Positions 1 through 9,641 of a DNA stretch of 64,000 nucleotides are shown piece by piece. The translations under genes and the position numbers were made by a program. The notes beneath the pieces are model-generated. The model was not told the DNA's origin, did no database searches, and worked only from the letters and a program-made list of their open reading frames with translations. Each line of letters begins with the position of its first letter. The stretch's first letter is position 1. This DNA is from an uncultured Candidatus Binatia bacterium (GTDB lineage: Bacteria; Desulfobacterota; Binatia; UBA9968; JAJDTQ01), in contig OZ243916.1 in assembly GCA_965213675.1 (NCBI GenBank), positions 2,144,001 to 2,208,000 on the forward strand. The letters are read 5' to 3'.

Positions 1-121
1 TGCCAAAGTCGATGATCTCGTCCTCGCCCAGGCTGATGGGCCCGAACTCATGCACCGAGCCGGTCACGTAATCCTCGAAGTAACGATCTTCCCTGGGAAC
101 ACTGAAACCGGATTCGCTCAT
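1..121 (-). CDS. MaoC-family dehydratase, 5' part only (runs off window)
   Basis: Manual translation from ATG at 121: MSESGFSVPREDRYFEDYVTGSVHEFGPISLGEDEIIDFG; the YFED...G...EII.F pattern is typical of MaoC N-termini. Confidence 0.75.
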   Translation of the reverse strand, partial: MSESGFSVPREDRYFEDYVTGSVHEFGPISLGEDEIIDFG

Positions 122-267
122 CGCCACACGAGTACAATGAACCGGTGTGCGCTGCAACTTCCCGCGGGAAGCCGGTCATTCCGTCATTGAACTGAAAATG
201 ACATCCGGGCCCCGCCGTTCACGGGGCTACGAACCCGCATCTCCGGGTCGTCGCGCCCGTCCCCACG

Positions 268-293
268 CCTGGATTCCCGCTTCCGCGAAATGC
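268..293. repeat. Degenerate half of the REP-like palindrome family
   Basis: CCTGGATTCCCGCTTCCGCGAAATG resembles the right arm CTGGATTCCCGCTTTCGCGGGAATG of the copies at 12.5 kb and 56.5 kb. Confidence 0.45.
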
Positions 294-381
294 CACGATG
301 CCGGTTTGGAGCCGACACAAGAGGGCATGAACGGCGGCGCCGCCGGGTGTTGACCATGATGGTTCGGAGCGTCGCGGTTCG

Positions 382-1668
382 TTACCTCACCGAGTCGCGT
401 ACCGGCGGCCGCGTAAAGAACATCAGCGCCGTGGACGCGAACGCGGCGCCGGCGAAGACGGCGAGGGGGACCGTGTAGCTGTGGGTGAGATCGTAGAAGA
501 AACCGGCGCTGATGGGTCCCATGACGCTGCCGGCGGTGACGAACATGCGGCTGAAGCCCTGAATGCTGGCGAAATGGCGGACACCGAAGTAGTCGGCACG
601 AATCGGCTCCTGAAGCGAGGCGAGGCCGCCGTAGCAAAACGAGTACACCACCAGTGCCCCCATGAACCCGGCGGAGGAGTCGGTCACGGCCATGGTCAGC
701 ACAGAGGCACCGAGGGCGCCGAGAAGGCCGATCATCAGGCGGCGCTTCTCCATGAAGTCGCCCATCCAGCCGAAGGCCAAGCGCGCGGGAACGCCGATGA
801 CGGCGGAGACGCCGAGCAGGCCGGCGGCCACTTCCTGGGCCCATCCCCGGTCCACCAGGAGGATCACAAGATGCACCGAGATGCCCTCGGTGACCATCTG
901 CCGCAGGCCCATGACCGCGGCGAGGAACCAAAACGAGCGGGTGCGCAGCACCTCTTTCACGGACAGCGACACCTCGGGGGGGGTCGCCTTGGCCGCGGCG
1001 CCCCCGGCCGGTCTGTCCCGTGGCGATTCCGAGAAACCCGCGGCCCTCTCGTAGGCCCCGCCGATGGCCCGCGCGAGGGGCCACCCCATGGCCACGATGA
1101 TCACCGCCGAGGCCAACGACGCAGCGCGCCACCCCCACCATACGATCATCAGACCCACCACCGGCACCAGCAGCCCCGACAGGCCCGGCCCGGTCCGGAA
1201 AATTCCGAAGGCCAGACTCCGGCGCGCGCGAAACAGCGTCGCCACCACCACGCTCACGGGGATGTAGAACCCGACGCTGGAGCCGAGCACGATGCCTCCG
1301 ACGATCGTGACATAGAGCATCGGCAGCGAATTCACGAAGCTCATGCCGATGAACCCAAGCGCGCAGATCACCGTGCCCAGGTACATGACGCGCCGCGGCC
1401 CCAGACGATCCGTCATGTACCCCTCGGCCGGTCCCAACAGCCCGGATTCCACCCGGGCCATGGAAAAGGCGCCGGCGATGGCCGTGCGACTCCAGCCGAA
1501 CTCCCGTTCGAAGGACGGGAAGTAGGCGCTCAGCCCGAAGTAGGCCAAGCCGGTGCTCACCGCATGGGCGAACGCACCGGCGAACACGACCCACCAAGTG
1601 GACATGAAGCTGGCGACGAGGGCGCGCTGCGTCCGGACCGGCTTCACGCAACTGGCCCGTGTTCCCAA
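382..1668 (-). CDS. MFS transporter (OFA/MCT-like); true start may be ATG at 1605
   Basis: About 12 hydrophobic segments; MFS motifs GYMTDRLGPRRV and GWMGDFMEKRR; ADYFG...FASIQG. Confidence 0.9.
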   Translation of the reverse strand: MGTRASCVKPVRTQRALVASFMSTWWVVFAGAFAHAVSTGLAYFGLSAYFPSFEREFGWSRTAIAGAFSMARVESGLLGPAEGYMTDRLGPRRVMYLGTVICALGFIGMSFVNSLPMLYVTIVGGIVLGSSVGFYIPVSVVVATLFRARRSLAFGIFRTGPGLSGLLVPVVGLMIVWWGWRAASLASAVIIVAMGWPLARAIGGAYERAAGFSESPRDRPAGGAAAKATPPEVSLSVKEVLRTRSFWFLAAVMGLRQMVTEGISVHLVILLVDRGWAQEVAAGLLGVSAVIGVPARLAFGWMGDFMEKRRLMIGLLGALGASVLTMAVTDSSAGFMGALVVYSFCYGGLASLQEPIRADYFGVRHFASIQGFSRMFVTAGSVMGPISAGFFYDLTHSYTVPLAVFAGAAFASTALMFFTRPPVRDSVR

Positions 1669-2080
1669 CGAACGTGTGGATTTGACCCAAGGGGGTCCAG
1701 CGACGGCTCTTCCGGGGAGCGGCGAAGCAGGGTGGAAGAAAAGCTGGCCCGCGGCAACCGATTCCGGTGCGGCAACCGGTAGCCCGCCCCCTCCGCGCTG
1801 GACGTGGGCGCGCCCACGATGTTGCCTGTCGCCATTGCCTGCCTTTCTCTGGCTCCACCACCCTACAGGTCTTAACGTCTTCGTCCACCCCCACGCGGCC
1901 CGCCACGTCTCCCTTGAACCATGCCATATCGCCCGACATTCACCGAGTCAACGCTCCATGGACCCGCCAATTGACACGACTGCCACCAAGTGGCACCTTG
2001 CCATTCGAGAAGGCCCCAGGAGCTTGCGCCGCCGGAATACGCGAACCCGATTTCAGTCCGATCTTCGATCATCGACGCTC

Positions 2081-2833
2081 ATGAACCTTGACGAATTCGC
2101 CGCCAGACTGCGCCGCGCCACGGACATCGTCTTCTTCACGGGCGCCGGCATCAGCACCGAGTCCGGCATTCCGGACTTCAGAAGCCCCGGCGGCAAGTGG
2201 ACACGGATGCGGCCGGTGTACTTCGACGAGTTCATGAGCAGCGAGGAAGCGCGCGTCCGGGCGTGGCAGCGCAAGAAGGAAAGCTACCAGCTCTACAAGG
2301 ACGTGACGCCCAACATCGGCCACACCTCCATCAGCGACTTCGAGAAGCGCGGCAAGCTCCTGGGACTCATCACCCAGAACATCGACGGCCTGCACAGCCG
2401 GGGCGGCGTGTCGGACGAGAAGATCGTCGAGTTGCACGGCTCGGACCGCACCGTGGTGTGCCTCGGTTGCGGCAAGCTGTTCGAACCCGAAGCGGTCATC
2501 GCGAGCCTCAAGGAGCCCTTCACCTCGCCGCGTTGCGACGCCTGCAACGGCCTGCTCAAGACCGGCACCATTTCCTTCGGCCAGCCCATGCCCCAGGCCG
2601 CCATGCAACAGGCCCAGATCTGGAGCGAGGCCGCGGACCTCTTCATCGTGGTGGGCTCGTCGCTGGTGGTGCAACCCGCCGCGTCCTTCCCCGTCATCGC
2701 CAAACAGGCCGGCGCCATCCTCGCCATCGTCAACCGCGAAGCCACCCACATCGAATCCCTGGCGGACTACAGCTACGAGGGCGAGATCGGCGAATTCTTC
2801 CGTCAGTTGAACCCGTTGCTGGCGGACGCGTAG
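2081..2833 (+). CDS. cobB: NAD-dependent protein deacylase, Sir2 family
   Basis: TGAGISTESGIPDFRS, ITQNIDGLH, HG, two CxxC zinc pairs, GSSLVVQPAA; ATG at 2081 in frame with the ORF. Confidence 0.92.
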   Translation: MNLDEFAARLRRATDIVFFTGAGISTESGIPDFRSPGGKWTRMRPVYFDEFMSSEEARVRAWQRKKESYQLYKDVTPNIGHTSISDFEKRGKLLGLITQNIDGLHSRGGVSDEKIVELHGSDRTVVCLGCGKLFEPEAVIASLKEPFTSPRCDACNGLLKTGTISFGQPMPQAAMQQAQIWSEAADLFIVVGSSLVVQPAASFPVIAKQAGAILAIVNREATHIESLADYSYEGEIGEFFRQLNPLLADA

Positions 2834-2873
2834 CTGCGATGCGTTGCCATCTGCCATCTGTAGGCTTTTTTGG

Positions 2874-4154
2874 ATGATACGCCGGATACAAGCTCGAAAT
2901 TTCTGCTGCCTGCGGTTCGCGGACGTGGCCCTGGATCGCTTTCACGTGCTGGTCGGACCCAACGCTAGCGGTAAGAGCACACTCCTCGACGTCATTTCGT
3001 TCCTGGGAGACATGGTGTCCGAAGGGCTCGAAGGGGCAGTCGAAAAACGCACCCAGAACTTTCAGGACCTCGTATGGCGACGGCCGAAGAAAGATTTGGG
3101 GTTTGAGCTTGCGGTAGAGTTCGACATCCCCGAAGACGAAAAAAGACAACTGCCTCAAGAGAAGGGGTTCGAACGTTTTCGTTACGAAGTCTCCATTAAG
3201 GAGGACACCGGACGCGTTCGAATCGATTCCGAGAGGGGTCTCCTGATGACCGGCGGAGATGTCCGTCCTCATCAGGAGGTGCTGAAGTTCCCCGCTCCCG
3301 CCACTGGCCCAGACACCATTCTACTTGGTGGCAGGCGGCCCGGGGCACGAACGATCCTGAGCAAGTCGAGGGAAGCGCGCGACAATTTCAACGTCGAGAT
3401 TGCGGAGAAAGCCGGCAAAGGATGGGCGATCAGTATCTCGTTCGGTCCTACCCGATCCACGTTGGGCAACCTTCCAGAGTCTCCCGAACGATTTCCTGTG
3501 TCCACCCGGATCAAGCGTCTACTCGAATCCGGCTTGCAGCCGCTGTTTCTGGACAGCGCTCGAATGCGACAACCCACTCCACCGATACGTCGACGGCAGG
3601 TCTTCGCGTCCGATGGCTCAAATCTACCCCGCATCATCCTCCAACTTCGAGAGGAAAACTACACGGCATTTGGAGATTGGTTGGCCCACGTCCGTGCTGC
3701 CCTTCCTGACATTGAAGACATCCGTGTGATTGAGCGCGAAGACGATCGCCACTCCTACCTGATGCTTCGCTATTCGACGGGGGTGGAGGTTCCTTCGTGG
3801 AAGGTGTCCGACGGCACATTGCGGCTTCTCGCGTTGACCCTGCCAGCGTATCTCTCGGACCCCAACAAGATCTACTTGATGGAAGAGCCGGAAAACGGAT
3901 TGCATCCTGGGGTGATCCAGGACGTGTACGATGCTCTGTCCTCGGTGTACGACTCACAGGTGTTGCTTGCGACACACTCGCCCATGTTTCTGAGCCACGC
4001 CGACCTTGATCAGGTCCTGTGCATTGCAAAGGATGAAGAAGGCGCAACCGATGTCATCCCAGCTCGAGCACACCCGGGCCTGAAAGACTGGCAAGGCGAT
4101 CCAAATCTGAGCGTCTTCTTCGCGGCGGGAGTCCTCGGTGGCAACCAGCCCTGA
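2874..4154 (+). CDS. ABC-type (AAA_21/OLD-like) ATPase resembling MADS Mad3
   Basis: Walker A GPNASGKS, signature SDGTLRLLAL, Walker B YLMEEPENGLHP, H-loop ATHSP; visibly lower GC than flanking genes. Confidence 0.8.
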   Translation: MIRRIQARNFCCLRFADVALDRFHVLVGPNASGKSTLLDVISFLGDMVSEGLEGAVEKRTQNFQDLVWRRPKKDLGFELAVEFDIPEDEKRQLPQEKGFERFRYEVSIKEDTGRVRIDSERGLLMTGGDVRPHQEVLKFPAPATGPDTILLGGRRPGARTILSKSREARDNFNVEIAEKAGKGWAISISFGPTRSTLGNLPESPERFPVSTRIKRLLESGLQPLFLDSARMRQPTPPIRRRQVFASDGSNLPRIILQLREENYTAFGDWLAHVRAALPDIEDIRVIEREDDRHSYLMLRYSTGVEVPSWKVSDGTLRLLALTLPAYLSDPNKIYLMEEPENGLHPGVIQDVYDALSSVYDSQVLLATHSPMFLSHADLDQVLCIAKDEEGATDVIPARAHPGLKDWQGDPNLSVFFAAGVLGGNQP

Positions 4155-4779
4155 CCTCCCGGACCTAGTCATTCTTGCGGCTGACAAACACATCGCCGCG
4201 TCCTTGAAGGTACTGATAGGGCAGCGCCACGCCGATCTCGGGATGGGCCCGATCACTTTCGACGTCCTGCGGCATCCCGAATCGGATCCTGGGTGTCGGA
4301 CCAAGGCGGTGGAGTTCCTTCGTCCCTTCATCAATCGATATCGTCGGGCGCTCGTTGTCTTTGACCGCAAGGGCTGCGGCAGCCGTTCCCCGCGGGAAAC
4401 GATTCAGAATGAAGTCGAAACTGCCCTCAATCGCAATGGTTGGGGGGAGCGCTCAAAGGTCATCGTCATAGCGCCGGAACTTGAGTCGTGGGTCTGGAGT
4501 CCGTCCGAGAGCGTAGCGCAGGCGCTCGGATGGGAACAAGACTTCGGCTCGCTTCGAAACTGGCTCGAAACAGAGGGCCTCTGGCCTGCACAACGGTTCA
4601 AACCCTCCGACCCGAAGAAGGCGATGGAACAAGCCCTTCGCCGAAAAAAGAAGGTGCGGTCTTCAGCGCTGTTCACGGGATTGGCAACCTCTGTGCAGTT
4701 TGCCGGCTGCCGCGATCCCGCCTTTATGGAGCTTGGAAGGATTCTTCAAAACTGGTTTCCGCTGAGACCGGGTCAATAA
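4138..4779 (+). CDS. TOPRIM-like partner protein resembling MADS Mad4 / DUF4276
   Basis: Overlaps the ATPase 3' end; motifs DLVILAADK, HPESDPGC, VVFDRKGCG, PELESWVW, DPKKAME, CRDPAF. Confidence 0.7.
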   Translation: MATSPDLPDLVILAADKHIAASLKVLIGQRHADLGMGPITFDVLRHPESDPGCRTKAVEFLRPFINRYRRALVVFDRKGCGSRSPRETIQNEVETALNRNGWGERSKVIVIAPELESWVWSPSESVAQALGWEQDFGSLRNWLETEGLWPAQRFKPSDPKKAMEQALRRKKKVRSSALFTGLATSVQFAGCRDPAFMELGRILQNWFPLRPGQ

Positions 4780-4960
4780 ATGGCAAGGACAGAATCTCAG
4801 CCGGTAGCCGGGGTTGATGTGCGGTCCTGAGGTAATCCCAAGTACGACCTGAACCTTGCGCTAACTTGACACTCTAGCGGCAAGGCTGATAGTGGTCGGC
4901 TAGTTTTCCGGACCCTAAAATCCGTCCACTTATGTGCCAACCCCGCGGGAGGAGACCCCC

Positions 4961-5938
4961 ATGAGCGATACGAACGGTCACACGAAGGCGCTTCACGTCA
5001 TGACCCATTCCGGGTGGTACCGCTTCGAGAAGAACGGCGATTCGTGGAGCCAGGTGGAACGGGACCTGACGTTCTGGAACCTGAGTTGCATCACGGTCGA
5101 TCCGGAGGACCCGCGGACCGTGTACGGGGGCACCGAGCACTCGGGACTGTTCTACACCCACGACGGCGGCGAGAGCTGGACCCGGTCCACCCCCAACGTG
5201 CCGCACCTCGACATCTTCTCGCTGTGGGCGCTGCCGGGATCGCTTTTCGTCGGCACCCGCCCGGCGGCGCTGTTTCACGGCGCTCCCGGAAAGGGCTGGC
5301 AGGAGCTGCCGGGCGTGCGCGAGGGCGGCGCCTGCGGGGTGTTCCCCCCGAACCCGGCCCAGGCGCCCCGCACCCGCTATCTCACCAACGACCCTTCCTC
5401 GCCGTCGCGGCTCTACGCCGGCATCGAGGTAGGCGGACTGCTCGTGAGCGACGACAAGGGCCAGGACTGGAACACCGCCAACGAAGGCCTGTGGGACCGC
5501 GACATCCATCAACTGCACCACTGCAAGCATGAACCCGAGATGGTGGTGGCCGCCTGCGGCGAAGGGGTTTTCCGGAGCCGCGACCGGGCCGCCCACTGGG
5601 AGGAGATCACGCCGTCCGACACCCGCACCTACGGCACCACCATCAACGAGACCGATGACGGCAGCTTGTACCTCGGAGTCACGCTGGGACGTCCCAACAC
5701 CTGGGTGCGCAAGGTGCGGGCCAGCGCGGCCATTCTGCGGAGCGAGCGCGGCGGCGCCAACTGGAAGACGCTGGCCGAGGACCTCAACGGCGGGATCATG
5801 GACACCGTGCCCGACCCCGACGGCCCCGGCATCATCGCCGCCACCTCCGAAGGCGAGATCATGATCGTCGAGGAATCGGGCTGCCGCACGATAGCCAGCG
5901 GGCTGCCGTGCATCAACGAGATCGCCATCGGCGCGTAG
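4961..5938 (+). CDS. BNR/Asp-box repeat beta-propeller protein (YCF48/VPS10-like)
   Basis: Repeated Asp-box motifs THDGGESW, SDDKGQDW, SRDRAAHW, SERGGANW; GGAGGAG RBS upstream. Confidence 0.8.
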   Translation: MSDTNGHTKALHVMTHSGWYRFEKNGDSWSQVERDLTFWNLSCITVDPEDPRTVYGGTEHSGLFYTHDGGESWTRSTPNVPHLDIFSLWALPGSLFVGTRPAALFHGAPGKGWQELPGVREGGACGVFPPNPAQAPRTRYLTNDPSSPSRLYAGIEVGGLLVSDDKGQDWNTANEGLWDRDIHQLHHCKHEPEMVVAACGEGVFRSRDRAAHWEEITPSDTRTYGTTINETDDGSLYLGVTLGRPNTWVRKVRASAAILRSERGGANWKTLAEDLNGGIMDTVPDPDGPGIIAATSEGEIMIVEESGCRTIASGLPCINEIAIGA

Positions 5939-5958
5939 CTTGACCGTCCACACCCACC

Positions 5959-5984
5959 GTACGGCCCCGCCCGCGGGGCCGTAC
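5959..5984 (+). terminator. GC-rich stem-loop after the BNR gene
   Basis: GTACGGCCCCG-cccg-CGGGGCCGTAC inverted repeat; no U-tract. Confidence 0.45.
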
Positions 5985-6011
5985 CCCATTCCATCCCGGG
6001 ACCCCTGACCT

Positions 6012-7196
6012 GTGCCGGCTACCGCGACTCCCGAGTCCGACCGGACCGACTGGGGGTCCGTACTGGTCGCGGCCCTCTCCGCGGTGGGGCCGGCCATGGT
6101 GGTGGCGGTGATGGGAATCGGGCTGCCGGAGATCCGGGCCAGCCTCGAACTCTCCGAGGTCTGGGCGGGCACCCTCTTTACCGCCATCTTCGTGGTCGCG
6201 GCGTGCGCGAGCTGGTCGGCCGGACGCCTTTCCGACAACCTGGGCCGGCGCAGGGTCCTGGTCTTGAGCGGACTTGCCCTGGGCGCCGGTTTCGGCCTGG
6301 TATCCACCGTCCGAAGCTACGGAGCCGCGGTCGCCTTGCTGGCCTTGGCCGGTCTGGGATACGGCGCCATCACCGCCTCGGTCCTGTCCCTGGTGTCGGA
6401 CCTCCTGCCGTCGCGACGGGGACTGGGAATGGGCCTGCTCTCCGCTACCTACGGGCTCGGCAGCGTCAGCGGACCCATCGTGGCTGCCGCCATCATCCAG
6501 CGTGTCGGCTGGCGCGGGGCCACCGCCACCGTGGGGTGCATCGCCGCCGGCATCGCGTTGATCCAGTGGCTGCGCATCAGGGAACCGGCCCGGGCGCAGG
6601 CCGCTCCTCGCGCGGCGAGCGCCCGAAAGCCGCGGATGATGAACCGGAACATGATCATCCTGGCCGCCGCGCAGTTCTTCGGCGGCTCGGTGTTCTGGAT
6701 CACCTCGTCCTGGACCCCGACGTTTCTCCGCGAGGCCGTAAAGCTGACCCTCGACGAGGCGGGTCTGGTCATGGCGGCCTGGGGAGCCACCCCGATTCTC
6801 GGAGCCCTGGTGCTGGGGATGCTGTCCGACCGCGTGGGACGGAAGCGCATCATTCTCATGGGCGCCTTTCCCGGCGTTCTGGTGGTGCTGGCCGTGTACG
6901 GCTGGCTTACCCACCCGTTGTCCCTGGCCGCGGGTATCTGTCTCCTGGGTCTGTCCAAGTCGCCGGTGCCCTCGCTGGTGGTGGCCCTGGCGCAGGACTC
7001 CACGGCCAAGGGCCGGGTGGGCGAGGCGAGCGGCCTCATCATGTCCATGCACTACGTGGCGGCCCAAACCACCCCGGTAGCCATGGGCCTGCTCATCACG
7101 TGGCTCGACAACATGACGCTGGCCATGCTCCTGGGCTCGTCGGTGGCGTTCGCCGTGTTCGGCATCCTCGTCACCAGCGTTCGGGAACGTACTTGA
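6012..7196 (+). CDS. MFS transporter
   Basis: Motif A twice (GRLSDNLGRRRV, GMLSDRVGRKRI); about 12 TM segments. Confidence 0.9.
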   Translation: MPATATPESDRTDWGSVLVAALSAVGPAMVVAVMGIGLPEIRASLELSEVWAGTLFTAIFVVAACASWSAGRLSDNLGRRRVLVLSGLALGAGFGLVSTVRSYGAAVALLALAGLGYGAITASVLSLVSDLLPSRRGLGMGLLSATYGLGSVSGPIVAAAIIQRVGWRGATATVGCIAAGIALIQWLRIREPARAQAAPRAASARKPRMMNRNMIILAAAQFFGGSVFWITSSWTPTFLREAVKLTLDEAGLVMAAWGATPILGALVLGMLSDRVGRKRIILMGAFPGVLVVLAVYGWLTHPLSLAAGICLLGLSKSPVPSLVVALAQDSTAKGRVGEASGLIMSMHYVAAQTTPVAMGLLITWLDNMTLAMLLGSSVAFAVFGILVTSVRERT

Positions 7197-7320
7197 CGCG
7201 GCAGTCCCGCGCGGCTTTTTCCGCGTCCGTTTCCGACCAACCATCTCGAACATTCCCATTGCACGGGCAGACGGGCTGTCGTAATGTTGTTGGGCGCGCC
7301 GCATCCTTGCAGGCGCGTTG

Positions 7321-7337
7321 TGCCAACGAGTTTGGCA
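7321..7337. promoter_or_regulatory. Candidate operator upstream of the TRAP operon
   Basis: TGCCAA-cgagt-TTGGCA inverted repeat about 85 bp before dctP. Confidence 0.35.
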
Positions 7338-7419
7338 ATACGATGGACCGCAATTTTTCGGAGGCGGCACAGCCGCTGATCGAGCGGATGACAAACAGTT
7401 CATAAACAAGGGGGATCTC

Positions 7420-8568
7420 ATGAATCGTCGTGACTTTCTTACCGGAGCAGCCGCCGGCGTCGTGGTGGGCGCCGGCGCAACCGCGGCCGTCATGTCCGGC
7501 CGGCAAGAGGCCCCGGCCCCCGTGGCCAAGGCGCCCGAAGCCCCCGCCATCGTGAAGGACCGCATCGAAGTCGCCATCGTCACCACCTGGCCGCGCGATT
7601 TCCCCGGCCTCGGCACCGGGGCGCAACGCTTTGCCAAACGCGTGCAGGACATGAGCGACGGCCGCATCCAGGTGAGTTATTTCGCCGCGGGCGAGCGCGT
7701 CGGCGCTTTCGACTCGTTCGACGAGGTGGCTTCCGGGAATGCGCAGGCCTATCACGCCGCCGACTACTACTGGAAAGGCAAGCACCCCGGCTGGGCCTAC
7801 TTCACGGCGGTGCCTTTCGGTCTCACGTATACGGAGATGAACGCCTGGATCCGTTTCGGCGGCGGGCAGGAACTCTGGGACGAACTGGCCGGGGAGTTCG
7901 GCATCAAGGGTCTCATGTGCGGCAACACCGGCGTCCAGATGGGCGGCTGGTTCCGAAAGGAGATCAACAGCGCCGACGACCTCAAGGGCCTCAAGATGCG
8001 TATCCCGGGCTTGGGAGGCGACGTCATGGCAAAGCTCGGCGCCTCGCCGGTCTCCCTTCCGGGCGGCCAGATCTACGAGAACCTGGTTTCGGGCGCCATC
8101 GACGCCACCGAATGGGTGGGGCCGTGGAACGACGAGGTCATGAAGTTCTACGAAGCGGCCAAGTACTACTACTACCCCGGAATGCACGAGCCCGGCTCGA
8201 TGCTGTCGGCTGGCTTCAACAAGAAGTTCTGGGAGGGGTTGTCGGAGTCCGATCAGGCGCTGATCGAGGCCGCGGCCTCAATGGAGAACGACGTGATGAT
8301 GGCCGAGTACAACGCCAAGAACGGCGCGGCGCTGGCCCGGCTGACCCGTGATCAGGGCGTCGAGGTGCGCAAGTTCAACGACGAGATCTACAACTCGTTC
8401 GGAAAGGCGGCCAAGGAAGTCTTCGACGGCGTGGTGACCCACAGCGATCTCGCCAAGCGCATCCACGACAGCTTCGACAAGGCGCGCCGGGAGGTCGGTG
8501 GCTGGTCGAACATCTCGGACCAGGCCTACGTGGAGCAGCGCAACCGCGTGCTGGGCGTCTCCGGCTAG
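7420..8568 (+). CDS. dctP: TRAP transporter substrate-binding protein (TakP/alpha-keto-acid type), Tat signal
   Basis: MNRRDFL twin-arginine signal; GNTGVQMGGWFRKEINS, LKMRIPGLGG, IDATEWVGP. Confidence 0.92.
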   Translation: MNRRDFLTGAAAGVVVGAGATAAVMSGRQEAPAPVAKAPEAPAIVKDRIEVAIVTTWPRDFPGLGTGAQRFAKRVQDMSDGRIQVSYFAAGERVGAFDSFDEVASGNAQAYHAADYYWKGKHPGWAYFTAVPFGLTYTEMNAWIRFGGGQELWDELAGEFGIKGLMCGNTGVQMGGWFRKEINSADDLKGLKMRIPGLGGDVMAKLGASPVSLPGGQIYENLVSGAIDATEWVGPWNDEVMKFYEAAKYYYYPGMHEPGSMLSAGFNKKFWEGLSESDQALIEAAASMENDVMMAEYNAKNGAALARLTRDQGVEVRKFNDEIYNSFGKAAKEVFDGVVTHSDLAKRIHDSFDKARREVGGWSNISDQAYVEQRNRVLGVSG

Positions 8569-8577
8569 ACATCCGGG

Positions 8578-8605
8578 ACTACGGGCCGGCTCCCCGGCCC
8601 GTAGT
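8578..8605 (+). terminator. Intercistronic stem-loop after dctP (mRNA stabiliser or attenuator)
   Basis: ACTACGGGCCGG...CCGGCCCGTAGT perfect 12-bp stem. Confidence 0.6.
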
Positions 8606-8631
8606 GTGACGCGACACCAGATTTTACAACA

Positions 8632-9639
8632 GTGGCACAGGCTTGGTGGGACGCGGGCGGCGGATGGCCCGAAACGAAAAATGCGCTCTACCGCGCGTTC
8701 GCGTTGTCGCTGGCCGCGACCACGTTCGTTTTCCTTCTCAACAACTATCTGATCTTCTGGCAGGACTGGCCCGGCGTCGGGGGCATCCTCGAGCGGGCCG
8801 CACTCGCCCGGACAACGGTCTTCCAGGCGTGGCTGCAACTCGCCAGCTACGTCCTGACGGTGGCCGTCATCACCGTCATTGCGTTCATGACCCGGCAGCG
8901 GCCGTTCGCGTCGGACGCGGCGCTGCTCAGTTCCGTCACCGCCTACGTCATCGCCGCAGCCTTCTGGTCGACGTTCTTCATCGGCGTCGTCGACGGCGCC
9001 ATCTCGTTCCTGCGCGTGGAAGGGCTGCTGGCCTCGATGTTTGGCGAGGCGCTGGCTCAGCGGCTGGGCATCTCGAGCTTCCGCGGCACCTACGTGCATG
9101 TGCCGCTGATCCTGGCCGCGACGGTGGTGGCGTGCTTCAAGCGCGGGCTCGACTTCATCTGGCTCTCGCTGCTGGTGGTGGTCGCCGAGTTCCAGATCGT
9201 CATCGCGCGCTTCATCTTCTCCTATGAACAGGCCTTCATGGGCGACCTGGTCCGTTTCTGGTATGCCGCCCTGTTCCTGTTCGCCAGCGCGCACACCCTT
9301 GTGGCGGAAGGCCACGTGCGCGTGGACGTGCTGTTCACCCATTTCGACGAGAGGCGCAAGGCGCTGGTCAACGCGTGGGGTTCGCTGGTGCTGGGCGTGC
9401 CGTTGTGCTGGACCATTCTTGGCGTCGGCATGTCGAGCAAGGCCTCGGTCATCAACACCCCCTTGCTTTACTTCGAGACCTCGCAGAGCGGCTTCGGTCT
9501 TTACGTCAAGTACCTGATGGCGGGATTCCTCGCCGTGTACGCGGTCTCCATGATGACGCAGTTCCTGGCCTACTTCCTGAACGCCATGGCGGTCCTCCGG
9601 GGCGAAGGCCCGAACCACCCGACACCCGAGCCGTCCTGA
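8632..9639 (+). CDS. dctQ: TRAP small permease with extra N-terminal TM segments
   Basis: EGHVRVDVLF DctQ motif and ETSQSGFG; 335 aa, about twice the usual length. Confidence 0.85.
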   Translation: MAQAWWDAGGGWPETKNALYRAFALSLAATTFVFLLNNYLIFWQDWPGVGGILERAALARTTVFQAWLQLASYVLTVAVITVIAFMTRQRPFASDAALLSSVTAYVIAAAFWSTFFIGVVDGAISFLRVEGLLASMFGEALAQRLGISSFRGTYVHVPLILAATVVACFKRGLDFIWLSLLVVVAEFQIVIARFIFSYEQAFMGDLVRFWYAALFLFASAHTLVAEGHVRVDVLFTHFDERRKALVNAWGSLVLGVPLCWTILGVGMSSKASVINTPLLYFETSQSGFGLYVKYLMAGFLAVYAVSMMTQFLAYFLNAMAVLRGEGPNHPTPEPS

Positions 9640-9641
9640 CC

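Noticed and set aside
2081-2833. Sir2 as an antiphage NADase forming a three-gene system with the ATPase pair
   Set aside because: It is a canonical zinc-binding CobB-type deacylase with host-like codon usage, whereas the downstream pair has different composition and looks inserted
7300-7345. Sigma-54 promoter (TGGCA) upstream of dctP
   Set aside because: GG-N10-GC spacing is not met on either strand; kept only as a palindrome
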